The notes beneath the pieces were generated by a model. That model had not been told where the DNA came from, made no database searches, and was given only the letters and a program-made list of their open reading frames with translations. A stretch of 47,540 nt of DNA from Chiloscyllium plagiosum. Taxonomy: Eukaryota. Position 1 is the stretch's first letter, and every line of letters starts with the position of its first letter. The stretch lies in the NCBI RefSeq assembly GCF_004010195.1, contig NC_057719.1, forward strand, positions 18,988,160 through 19,035,699. The letters run 5' to 3'. The position numbers were made by a program, and so were the translations under genes. Positions 36,699-47,540 of the stretch are shown here, piece after piece.

Positions 36699-38731
36699 TC
36701 TCTCCCCTGTTTTGTCTGCGTGTCTCTGTGCTGCTGTTGCCCTTTGAAGGGCTTTACATCATTTAAAAGAGAAGCTCCCCCCTACCCTCCTCACAGAACA
36801 TAAGATGCACCCTGCCCACACTGAGTGTGGTGGCAGCCATCTCCATCCCCATTCTATGCGTGTTATTTACAACACAATAGAAGGCAACAGCGGCCATTCC
36901 TCACGTGGTGCATCTCAGGGCTTAGTTTCTTACTCTTGGTGAATCACCGCATGTACACCTTCCCTTCTTGCTGGTCCTTCCTGTCAACTCCATTAGCTTT
37001 AAACTTTCCCACAATCCCACCCAACCCATCCGTTTAAATCTTCATCTCTCCACTTAGCCCCTCCCCAGCCCAGACATATTGAATCAACATCCAGAAATGA
37101 GAGTGCACTGCTCCCCCACCCCTGGACCTATCAAAATCAGGATGTCGCTGTCGATGAGCACCCTCAACATATTACCCTTTACCTGCAATACTCTATCATC
37201 CTCTCCCCTTCGATACTGAGTTGCTCACTTTACAATTTTTATTCCCTCTGTGTCCCAGGTTCCAAGCCCCATAATTAAGTAGTCTTTTGTCTATCCTACA
37301 GCAGTGGCCTCTAATGATCCTCCATTGGGTTGTCGTGGATCTAGCCCCAAGGCTGACCATGGTTCACTCTCTCGAGTCACTTAGACAGACAGCCTGAATA
37401 ATGAGTTACCAAAACCTGACTGATATTCTTGCAGCACCCTGACTGACTTCCCATGACCCCCTGGGCTGTTAGACTAGACCCAAAGTGGGGGACCTGGAGA
37501 CTATAGGGGTACAATTCTCCTGACTGTGACCTCCCCAAGTGCTTGGCTTCCCATGACAAAAGCATGTGAAATGTATTTGTCATATATGTGACAGGCACAC
37601 GATGCAGATGTAGGATTAATGTAACATGGTGCCATACAGCAAAATGTCCACTCCCCTGACTGATGACTGTGTGCAACCATGACAGGCTGACTGGCTTTGC
37701 GTCTGTGCTAAAAGGCAAGTCAAGTTAATAGCACTGTGAGTCATAACTTCTGTTTGGGGGGGAAAATTGCAAAATGGCAAGACAAGGTAAGGATGCTGTG
37801 AGATTCAAGTTGGCACAGTGATTCAGCATTAAGAAAGCAATTGAGCTGTCCTTAGATAATCCCTGGTGCAATCCACGAGCTGAGCTCATAACTCTGCATG
37901 CAAAGTTTCCTGACAGCACAATTGCTGTGAGATGTCCTCCTGCTCCGAAGTGGAGCACTGAAGTGTTGTACCAAACGGAAAGAGGTTTGGAAATGTGCCA
38001 GGATGATGCAGTCAAAGTGGTACATGTTGGATGCTAATGTACATAGTTTGAGGATATACACAGTCTCTGCCCATGGAGTGTACTCTGAGATGATGATGCC
38101 TGTATCCAAGATGGAGATCCAGAGGAGCGGACAGTAAGCTGGAGTCATCAAGTAATTGCTTCATGCCGAGAATTGTCATGGTCTAGTTTCTACCTGACTG
38201 GAAGGAGGATGCAAACTGAGGTGAGATTTGGTGATTATGCAATCTTGATGCATGCAAATAGGCTTCTCACTGCTCACTAACAAGAATGTCATCTCACCAT
38301 TCAATACTTGGTTGAAACATTGGACATATTGCTCTCAGTGTCAAGAAGTTCCATCATGGACTTCTCACACAATTTCCCCAACTTTCTTGCCGTGGTTTGT
38401 GTCAATCAGGGGATGGGAAGTTTTCAGTCTACATACTCAGCTTTCTTTGATCTGGTGTTTTCCGTTCAATCACACTGTGCTTTGTAAGACTGCTGCAATC
38501 ACTTTTAGGAGTTTCCTCATTGCCCATTATTATGAAAGGTAGCTTTGCACTCATGATAATTATGTGGATATGGCAATAGAGGACCAGAGTGCTGCTGCTG
38601 GCTGGAGCTTCTTATGCTAAATGTACCCTTTGTTCTCCTTCTGCAAAACAATGAAATTGTTCTGGTACTCTGTTCATGACCCTGTTAATTATAGTCAGAT
38701 CCAATGTTATTCCGGCTTGAGAACCAGATGG

Positions 38732-39220
38732 TCTCCACTTACTAGGATGGGTGCAGCTCCAATAACACTCAAGAAGCTTGATACCATCCAGGACAAAGCA
38801 GCCTGCTTAATTGGCAGCACATTCACAAGCATCCACTCCCTCCATCACTGACACTCAGTAACAGCAGTGCACCAACTACAAGATGTATGCAAAAATTCTC
38901 AAAGATCAACACCTTACAAACCAATGGCCAGCAGCATCTATTAGGACAAGGGCAGCAGATTCATGGTAACACCACCACCTGCAAATTCTACTCCAAATCA
39001 CTCACATCCTTTCTTGGAAATATATCATTCCCCCATTCACTGTCACTAGGTCAAATTCCTGGAAATCCCTGCTTAACAGTATTGTAACTTTACCTATAGC
39101 TCATGGACTGCAGGGGTTCAAAAAAGCAGCTCACCACCCCCTTCTCATGGGCAGGTAGAGATGGGCAATAAATGTTGGCCCAGCCAATGATGCCCACATC
39201 CAACAACTGAATTTTAAAAA
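38732..39220 (+). mobile_element. L2/CR1-group LINE 3' fragment whose tail is shared with the SacSINE1-like SINEs
   Basis: SPLTRMGAAPITLKKLDTIQDKAACLIGSTFTSIHSLHH; tail GATGGGCAATAAATGTTGGCCCAGCCAATGATGCCCACATCC. Confidence 0.8.
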
Positions 39221-39357
39221 GCTCTGAGAGATAGTCATCTCACCACGTCAATCCCATTCAATCTGCAGCTGTTGAGCACTCTCAATCTTTCCAGTGATCT
39301 GAACGCTATTGTATCTCTAGGCACCAATAAGGAAGTGGAAAATGTTCTTCCTTCATC

Positions 39358-39488
39358 ACCACAACCACCTGATGAAGGAGCAGCGCTCCAAAAGCTAGTG
39401 CTTTCAATTAAACCTGTTGGACTATAACCTGGTGATGTGTGATTTTTAACTTTGAACACCCCAGTCCAACACCGGCATCTCCAAATCA
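39358..39488 (+). mobile_element. Single-arm PLE-derived element family C with 10-bp TSD and hammerhead
   Basis: CAC-CTGATGA-A-GGAGC-AGC-GCTCC-AAAA-GCTA-GTG (GAAA decayed to AAAA); TTCCTTCATC at 39348-39357 and 39489-39498. Confidence 0.82.
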
Positions 39489-41732
39489 TTCCTTCATCTC
39501 ATTCTTCAACACTGCTTTTTGAAATTTGCGTCCCAAAGCCTAAATCAACCCAACATATCCAAGCACTCTCAGAGTCTTAAATGGTCTTCAGACAAAGTTA
39601 TTGCTCCTGTTCTTCCAGTTGCATGGGTCATGGAATAAGATGGTGTTATATAAGTAACATTGGAGAGTTGTTGCAGTACATCCTGCACTGGAGCCATAAC
39701 TGTGAAAAAGGTGACTATTAACTCCAGTGTCAGAGGCAGTAATCAAGCAAATTGTTTTGAGTACTGTCAATCATTCTGAGTTTAGTAGTGGTTTCACCTC
39801 TCCAATAAATGGAGTGCATACAGTCCCGAAATGGGTTTTGCTCATAATGACAAGACTTTAATTAAGTTAGGGAGTATTTGTCACAAAGTACTAAACTTCT
39901 CTAAATATGTGTGATCTGGTTTGTCTTCTAGTCAAGAGTGATGCCAGGCCAGGTAGTGTCTGCCACTTATGTAGCTTGAATGTATTTGTCAGAGTTGAAC
40001 TTGATGGTATCTGAGTCCTGTTTATAAACTGGGGCATGTCAGGTAACAAGTTACATTATCACCTTATTAAAGTTGTCTCAAGTACCATCGAGGCATTTGT
40101 AGATTGCACCTGCTTTAGTGAGAAACGGAAAGCAGCACATCATGAATAGGGTAATATTAGACTTAGTTCATTCTGATTGGACTTAACTGTGTTTTTGAAT
40201 GGTTGCAATGGATCAAACCATTAAAGTAATCATTTACTGTGTCACTTTCTATTCATGGCAATCATGTTAATTTTGCAGAGATAAATAGACTTTTTTCCAA
40301 TTTTTCCGCAGTTATTAATTTTGTTTTTGCTGCAACGATTAAGTGTTAGTTTCACTAATGCAAGTACTCTCATTGCAGTGAATATAATTTACATTTCACC
40401 ATTGTAATTATTTTTACTTTGCCTATAGTGAACTCTCATTATAATTCATCGCAGTGATCATCATTTTAATTTCACTGCACTGAATTAGAACGAACGTTGC
40501 TTGGCAGTGAGATTACCATTCACTCCTGAAGATTAACATGAGGGTGTGAACAATAAACTTGGATTGCTTTTACCTTCCCATCAAAAATATTTACTTATCA
40601 GATATTTGTGTGACGGGAATTGACGGGCATTTGATTTTGAGTCAAAAAAGCTTTTGAGTTAAATTATGATTAATGATGATCTGATCCAAAGTTCAATGAG
40701 TTTTTCTTTTGATTGGGTAAAGGCTGCTTGAAAACTCAACAGAAAAAGCTTGTATCTATGGCCTGATTGAGACTTGAAGATTAAACCCCAACTGTGTGAC
40801 ATAATGCAGCTGTTGCATTTTGGGGGAAGATCTTCAGCTTGAATGCACCTTTGTCCCACTTTTGACACCACCAAAAAATGGCCATCTGACAGGCAGCGGC
40901 AGACTCGGGTCAGGGAACAGGTGCTGAGAAAGGTCACATTTTAATCGCCAGCCACGATACTTCACTCCGTCATTCCAAACAGCTGACAAACAAAAGGGCT
41001 GGTAATAGTGACTGACAGGATTCTTAATTGTATGCAGTCAGTCATGACAATTTGATTAAAATATTACGAAAAAGTCTCGCCCCCTGTTTGTTTCGATCCT
41101 CGAAATCTAATTTTAAATTTTCAAAAGGAGATTAACTTCACAAGCATGACTTGGATGCCATTAACTTCTACTTAATCTTTATTACTGATGAGAATTTAAC
41201 ATATGTATGGGTTTGTCTCGGTGCTTCTGGCTCTCTGAAGTAATGTCTAGAAAATACAAATGGTGGACCCTAATTTGCAATTAAAGTGATAGTATCCTGT
41301 TTTATTGCTCGACTAAACTGTCTGCATTTATAAAACATTTAAACAAGAAAATAAAACCAAGCCTTTGATAAACAAAGCAGGTATCTTATTATTTATTAGC
41401 GATCAATGAATACATGTTTTTTTTTCCCCTGAAATTTGTGTACATTATTCGGGAGGCCCTGTCTGTCTCTGTTTATGACAGAGTCAGGGTTACCAAGCAG
41501 AGACTTGTTTTTAATATTCGTTCATCGGATTTCGGTATCACTGGCTAGGGAATTTAAAACACGACCACATTGCAATGGCTCTGGGTCACATGTTGGTCAA
41601 ACCAGTCAAGGATGGTAGTTTCTTTCCCTAAAGGATGTTAGACAAAATCACAAATATCAAACTTCCAACACATGCATTTACATAATATCTTCTGGCAAAA
41701 TGTCCAAACTGTTATGTACTGGAAATAACTTT

Positions 41733-42024
41733 GGGGCGGCACAGTGCCTCAGTGGTTAGCACTGCTGCCTCACAGCACCAGGGCCACAGATTCGGTTCCA
41801 GCGTCTGGCGACTGTCTGTGTGGAGTTTGCACATTCTCCCTATGTCTGCATGGGTTTCCTCCGTGTGCTCCGGTTTCCTCCCACAGTCCAAAGATGTGCA
41901 GGTCAGGTGAATTGGCCATGCTAAATTGCCCATAGTGTTACTTGCATTAGTCAGAGGGTTGGTATGAACTGGTTGGGCCGAAGGGCCTGTTTCCACACTG
42001 TAGGGAATCTAATCTAATCTAATC
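41733..42024 (+). mobile_element. HE1-type V-SINE
   Basis: GGGGCGGCACAGTGCCTCAGTGGTTAGC head, V-domain, (TAATC)n tail. Confidence 0.9.
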
Positions 42025-42224
42025 TTCTGAAGTAAACAAAATGTGCTTATGTCAGCAATCTGCCATTTTGCACCAACAATGGTAAACAGTACCTCATATA
42101 CAATAACAAGATTAACAGCCCTTTGGTCTACTCTGTTGTGGGTACTGACTGAGGGAGGTATGTTGGCCAAAATAACAAGAAAACTTCCTGAAGTGGTACT
42201 GTGGGGTTTTAAGCATCCACAAAA

Positions 42225-42385
42225 CATAAAACAAAAACAGAAATTGCTAGAGAAACTCAGCACAGTTCTGATGAAGAGTCACCAGACTTTAAACTTTCAC
42301 TTCCAGATGCTGCCAGACCTGCTGAGTTTCTCCAACAATTTCTGTTATTGTTTCAGAACTCCAGCATTCACACCTTTGTTTTATT
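42225..42385. mobile_element. Foldback PLE-derived element family B (deleted)
   Basis: AAACAGAAATTGCTAGAGAAACTCAGCA / TGCTGAGTTTCTCCAACAATTTCTGTT inverted ends, with CTGATGAAGAGTCACCAGACTT between them. Confidence 0.75.
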
Positions 42386-42544
42386 TCACAGAATGTGAAA
42401 CAGTTTAACATCTCATCCATTTCAACTATCAAGCTAACTTACTTAAATTGCTTTGAACTATACTTATGCATTGTTTAGCTTTTTTTAAAAAAAGATGTCT
42501 TTATAACATTGATTTTCTCAGTAATAGAAAATATAGTATTTCTC

Positions 42545-42825
42545 TGAGGAGTACGTTTAAACTTTGTGACGAGGTGGAATTTCTTCTGTGAAAGGATTGT
42601 GAGTCTCTGGAACACCTTGCAGCAGAGAGCTGGCAGGGCAGAGTCCTTCTGTAAATTTAAGACTGAAATAAATAGACTTTTGATCAGTTTGGGAACTGAG
42701 AGTTACAGGGAAAGGGCAGAAAAGTGGGCATATGGAATGTCAGATAAATCATGATCTTATCAAATGGCAGTGCAGACTCAAGGAGCTGAATGGCTTATTC
42801 TAGCCTCTTTTTTTTGTGGTCTTAA
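42545..42825 (+). mobile_element. Old CR1 3' fragment
   Basis: NFFCERIVSLWNTLQQRAGRAES..KFKTEINRLL. Confidence 0.75.
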
Positions 42826-43831
42826 CATAAACAACCTATAATGGAATGGCAGCCTGTTTTACGTTTCCCCCAATAAATGGAACAGATGGGAAGCCACTTA
42901 TGGAAATCAGATGCCAAAGAATGTTTGGTAGCATTCCTCTGTAGTAGATAATCAAAAAGAGGAAGATGATCTGCTAAATCATGACAAAGGCTGCGGAGGA
43001 TTCAAAGATGAAGAGGAAGAAAATACAACAAAGACACCACAGAGAAATTCAATGAAGAGCTTAATGGTTGCCATTTCAGTGCTGTGGCAAGAGCAAGACC
43101 TGATTAAAGAGATTCGAACCCAGCATTCTGGAAAGAAAAGGCACAGATCTGGTAGCTTTGGAGAAGCATGGGATTTTGGAAATGGAATGGCAATCAGAAA
43201 GAATAGAGGAATCAATGTTTTTTCACTAATTGAATATTTCACACCCTTGCAAAAGTAAGGTGGACTAGTACCCAAGGAGAAAGAACTATGTAGCATTGCA
43301 AACAGAATGGGAGCTTTTGGTATCAGCAGTTTAGTGGCAGTAAGGTCAAGGGTTGAGGGGATGGGTCTCATTGATATGATGATGCACCAGGAAGGCATGA
43401 AAGGACATAAGAGAAGAAGTGGAGAAAATTCCCTTCATAAAGGAAGGAAGCACAGGAGCAGAAATGTCAATTTAATGTGATGCTTCTCATTGAAGATGTT
43501 GGGGTTGTGGTGGTTGTTTGCAATGTATTGTGGTGAGGTGGGCAAGGTTGAAGATCTTAAGGATGCATTTGAAGAGTTGAATAGTTGTGATAATAGGTTC
43601 AGAAGTAGGTGATAATAGGAACTGTGCTAAAAGCAACCCATGTCATAACAGGACTGGGTGTGGAGTGTGTGAAAAATATAGAAGGATGGAATCACACTTG
43701 GAAGTCATTGAATTTGATGTTGAGTTTTAGAGTCTGCAGGGTGCCCAGGTGGAAAATAAGATGCTGTTCTTTGACCTTGCACTGAGGCTCACTGGAAAAC
43801 TGCAGCAAGCCTGAGACAGAAATATTGCCAT

Positions 43832-44057
43832 GAAGTGGAAGTGCTAGTGTTGGAATGGGGTGGACAAAGTTAAAAATCGCACAACACCAGGTTATAGTCC
43901 AGCAGATCTGTTTGGAAGCACGAGCTTTCGGAGTGCTGCTCCTTCATCAGGTGGTTTACCATTCCCTCATCAGAAACCTGATGAAGGAGCAGCGTTCCGA
44001 TAGCTAGTACTTCCAAATGAACCTGCTGGACTATAACCTGGTGCTGTGCAATTTTCA
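43832..44057. mobile_element. Foldback PLE-derived element family C with two opposed hammerheads
   Basis: Inverted arms ~43872-43952 / 43976-44055; possible TSD ACAGAAATATT (43816-43826) / ACAGAAATGTT (44058-44068). Confidence 0.85.
43919..43953 (-). ncRNA. Minimal type I hammerhead ribozyme with all core nucleotides intact
   Basis: Minus strand CAC-CTGATGA-A-GGAG-CAGCA-CTCC-GAAA-GCTC-GTG: stem I CAC/GTG, stem II GGAG/CTCC, palindromic AGCT stem III, CUC cleavage triplet. Confidence 0.8.
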
Positions 44058-44881
44058 ACAGAAATGTTAAGTGGCAGGCAACCAGAAGCTCCGGGTCATT
44101 TTTGCCGGCAGAAAATAGAAGTTCTGAAAAGTGGTCAACCAATCTGCATTTCATTTTCCCAGTGTCGAAGAGACCACATTGTGAATAGTGAATACAGTGG
44201 ACCAGATTGAATAAAGTGCAGGTAAATCATTGCTCCACCTGAAAGATAAGTCTGAGCTGTTGGTTGGTGGAGGGGGAGGAGGTAAACAACAAGTTTACAG
44301 ATTCTGCAATTCGATTTACGTTGGTTCACAACCACATTGGCAAAGTTCTACAATGGTTTTCCATTGCCTTCTGCAGTGTGGCTGGCCAGGAAACTTTGCT
44401 ATTATTTGCTATCTGCCATTATTTAAGGTGTGGACCAGATCAACTATGATTTTGTTGAATAGCAAAACAGGCTTGGGGAGCTGAATGGTCTACTTCTGCA
44501 CCCTTATTTTTTTCTTGTGAAGTATATTGGAAGGATTTACAAGCCAATAATCAATATATTCAGCCATGTTATGAATGCACCTTCCTTGGCCATCAATTTC
44601 TGAAGTATGACTCAAATACAGGATTTAAAAAGGAGAAAGACAGACAAAGGCAGAGATCCCCTGGTCAAAGAAAGAAAGCATCACTGCTGTCTGACACAGC
44701 AGTGAATCTGCACAATTATTACTTTTGCTGTTTGAGTTCAAGCATCTCTGGATATTGGAGTGCGTCTAAAAAAAATTAACAAACAGCAAAATTCACAGCT
44801 GACTTTGGAGGAACCTATGTGGGAGAACTCAAAGCATAGGAGAAGCTAAATGCATGGTTTTTAAGTGTAACCTTGCTGTAA

Positions 44882-45103
44882 ACTTTTTCCCACAGGGTGG
44901 TGCATGTATGGAATGAGCTGCCAGTGAAAGTGGTCGAGGCTGGTACAATTACAACATTTAAAAGACATCTGGATGGGTATATGAATAAGAAAGGTTTAGA
45001 GGGATATGGGTCAAGTGCTAGATTAGGTTGGGATATCTGGTTGGCATGGATGAGTGGACTGAAGGGTCTGTTTCCATGCTGTACATCTCAATGACTCTAT
45101 GAC
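44882..45103 (+). mobile_element. HER1-type CR1 3' end
   Basis: VHVWNELPVKVVEAGTITTFKRHLDGYMNKKGLEGYG; ATGACTCTATGACT tail. Confidence 0.88.
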
Positions 45104-46075
45104 TGCATCACAGGCTGGAGTGCTTTACTAAATACATAGCTATCAAGAGATAAGGAGAAATGGGATACTGAACAGATGAAAATCAGTTCAATGCCTTAAC
45201 AGTTGCATCAAATATATTTCAATTTTGTTTTCAGAAGAGGCATTGTCTTAATGGCTATGAAAGAGAAAAAAAGAATCTAAATGATGTACCCTGCAGCTTT
45301 AAGTGTCCTCCTACTGTTCTCTACTAAAAGTTTATTCATATATAATGGACACAAAACAGAACAATCAGCAACACACTGTGTAATGTGCTTCATGCCAAGA
45401 TGCAGATGACCATTACTCTGCACACTTAACTAAACTAAAATGAACCTTTTTTTGCTGTGCATTCATTTAGCATGGCTAAAAATTACAAAGGACTAGATAG
45501 AAAGTTCACAATCTTGGCTAGACCACTGAGATTTGCCATTGGAGGTCAGATGTTTTTACCTTCTGAGGAGGATGATGTGGGAGGGTTGATATTGGGAGAT
45601 AAATCAGCGCATTCTTTTCTAAAGTACTCGCTGTTGTGCAAATGTCTTTGTAAAGGAAGTGTAACCAATTTAGTAAACATGGAGTAACTCAAAGTAGGAG
45701 TCAATAAGCTGATGAGTTTTTTTTAACACAAGTGCAGTCCAAGTGGTTCTAAGGTTTAGCCACTATTCCGTTAGAAGATTACTGTTTCTGCATTTTTATT
45801 TCCATCACCAGTGAAGGTTCTTCCTTGTTTATCCTCTTTATCTGTCAGGAGTAGCAGCAAAATCTGAAAGACAACTTTTCTTTGCTAGGCACATACTAAT
45901 TGCCTGGAATGAGCAGGAATTACCTCAGACCTAAAACCACTTCACAGAAAGGGTATAAAGAAGATGTTTGACAAACTACCAGCAAATTTACAGTGGTGGA
46001 GTAGCAACTGTTCCAAGAAAGTTCATGCAGTAGTGTTTAATGTTGTAGTACTCAGGTTCTTTCATGAGCTGACCT

Positions 46076-46415
46076 AGAGTCATAGACTCATACAGCACAG
46101 AAACAGATCCTCTGGTCCAACCCATCCACACCGACCAGATATGCTAAAGTAATCTAGTTCCATTTGCCAGCATTTCACTCAGATCCTTCTTAACCCTTCC
46201 AATTCATCTACCCAACCAGGTGCCTTTTAAATAGAGTAATTGTACCAGTCTTTGCTACTTCATCTGGCAGCACATTCCATACAAGCACCACCCTCTGTGT
46301 GGAAAAGGTTTACATCTGGTTCTTTTTAAATCTTTCCCCTCTTACCTTAAACCTATGCCCTTTAGCTTTGGACTCCACTACCCTAGGAAAAAGACCTTGG
46401 CTATTCAGCCTATTC
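46076..46415 (-). mobile_element. HER1/CR1 3' fragment (older)
   Basis: Reversed tail TAGAGTCATAGACTCATACAGCACAGAAACAG and ORF2 C-terminal homology. Confidence 0.85.
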
Positions 46416-46426
46416 GTAGAGCCATT

Positions 46427-46902
46427 GAGTCATAGAGATGTACAGCATGGAATCAGATCCTTCGGTCCAACCCGTCCATGCCGACCAGATATCCCAACTC
46501 AATCTAGTCCCACCTGCCTGCACCCGGCCCATGATCCTCAAAACCGTTCCTATTCATATACCCATCCAAATGCCTCTCAAACGTTGCAATTGTACCAGCC
46601 TCCACCACTTCCTTCAGCAACTCATTCCATTCACATACCATCCTCTGCGTGAAAAAGTTGCCCCTTAGGTCTCTTTTATATCTTTCCCCTCTCACCTTAA
46701 ACCTATGCCCTCTCATACTGGACTCCCCAACCCCAGGAAAAAGACTTTGTCTATTTATCCTATCCATGCCCCTCTTAATTTTGTAAACCTCTGTAAGGTT
46801 TACCATCTCAGGTCCGATGCTCCAGGGAAAACAGCCCCAGCCTGTTCAGCCTCTCCCGATAGCTCAAATCCTCCAACCCTGGCAACATCCTTGTAAATCT
46901 TT
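46427..46902 (-). mobile_element. HER1-type CR1 3' fragment
   Basis: EVYKIKRGMDRINRQSLFPGVGES..RGHRFKVRGERYKRDLRGNFFTQR. Confidence 0.9.
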
Positions 46903-47540
46903 TAGAACATAGAACAATACAGCACAGAACAGGCCCTTCGGCCTACGATGTTGTGCAGAACATTTGTCCTCACTTAAGCACCTATCCATGTACCTATCCA
47001 ATTGCCGCTTAAAGGTCACCAATGATTCTGACTCTGCAACTCCCACAGGCAGCGCATTCCATGCCTCCACCACTGTCTGGGTAGTGAACCTACCCCTGAC
47101 ATCCCCCCTATACCTTCCACCCTTCACCTTAAATTTATGTCTCCTTGTAACACTCTGTTGTACCCGGGGAAAAAGTCTCTGACTGTCTACTCTATCTATT
47201 CCCCGATCATCTTACAAAACTCTATCAAGTCACCCCTCATCCTTCGCCGTTCCAATGAGAAAAGGCCTAGCACTCTCAACCTATCCTCGTACGACCTATT
47301 CTCCATTCCAGGCAACATCCTGGTAAATCCTCCCTGCACCCTCTCCAAAGCTTCCACACCTTTCCTAAAGTGAGGCGACCAGAAATGCACACAGTACTCC
47401 AAATGTGGCCTAACCAAAATCCTGTACAGTTGCATCATCACTTCATGACTCTTGAATTCAATCCCTCTGCTAATGAACACTAATACACCATAGGCCTTCT
47501 TACAAGCTCTATCCACCTGAGTGGCAACTTACAAAGATCT
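46903..47540 (-). mobile_element. CR1 LINE of a different subfamily ((GTTCTAT)n tail), runs off the window
   Basis: KKAYGVLVFISRGIEFKSHEVMMQLYRILVRPHLEYCVHFWSPHFRK...RLRVLGLFSLERRRMRGDLIE; reversed tail AGAACATAGAACAATACAGCACAG. Confidence 0.92.

Larger units (their letters stand above)
43690..44245 (-). mobile_element. Old PLE GIY-YIG endonuclease fragment, interrupted by a family C foldback
   Basis: Minus strand FTCTLFNLVHCIHYSQCGLFDTGKMKCRLVDHFSE...DPELLVACH; homologous to the PLE protein at 21850-21990. Confidence 0.75.

Noticed and set aside
41..47516. ORF-track entries as host genes
   Set aside because: All are 159 aa or shorter. The recognisable ones are SINE read-throughs or CR1/Tx1/PLE/Harbinger relics, and the rest show no recognisable domain or consistent exon chain.
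1..47540. CRISPR array, rRNA or prokaryotic operon
   Set aside because: No regularly spaced repeat-spacer array, no rRNA-like segment and no gene-dense coding; the sequence is vertebrate repeat-rich DNA.

Overview
Eukaryotic, repeat-dominated window with no supportable host protein-coding gene. The repeat content (HE1-type V-SINEs, HER1/CR1 LINEs, a SacSINE1-like SINE) points to an elasmobranch (shark) genome; this is an inference from recalled repeat families, not a database result. Recognisable ORFs in the track are fragments of retroelements (CR1, L2-like, Tx1, Penelope-like), SINE read-throughs or Harbinger Myb/SANT relics. The main signal is a high density of Penelope-like element (PLE) terminal sequences carrying minimal hammerhead ribozyme (HHR) motifs (CTGANGA-stem II-GAAA-palindromic stem III). 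They fall into at least four sequence families (labelled A-D here) and often form short (about 180-430 bp) foldback insertions flanked by 10-16 bp target-site duplications (TSDs). Three families are nested inside one another at 9204-10110, and the innermost landed in the catalytic core of another HHR. Also present: a near-perfect ~300 bp inverted duplication (1246-1969), an exact 273 bp local copy of a decayed CR1 segment (26855-27127 = 30135-30407), a Tigger4-like MITE, a solo LTR with a 4-bp TSD, and repeat-free motif-dense islands that may be conserved enhancers. Boundaries of old repeats are approximate.
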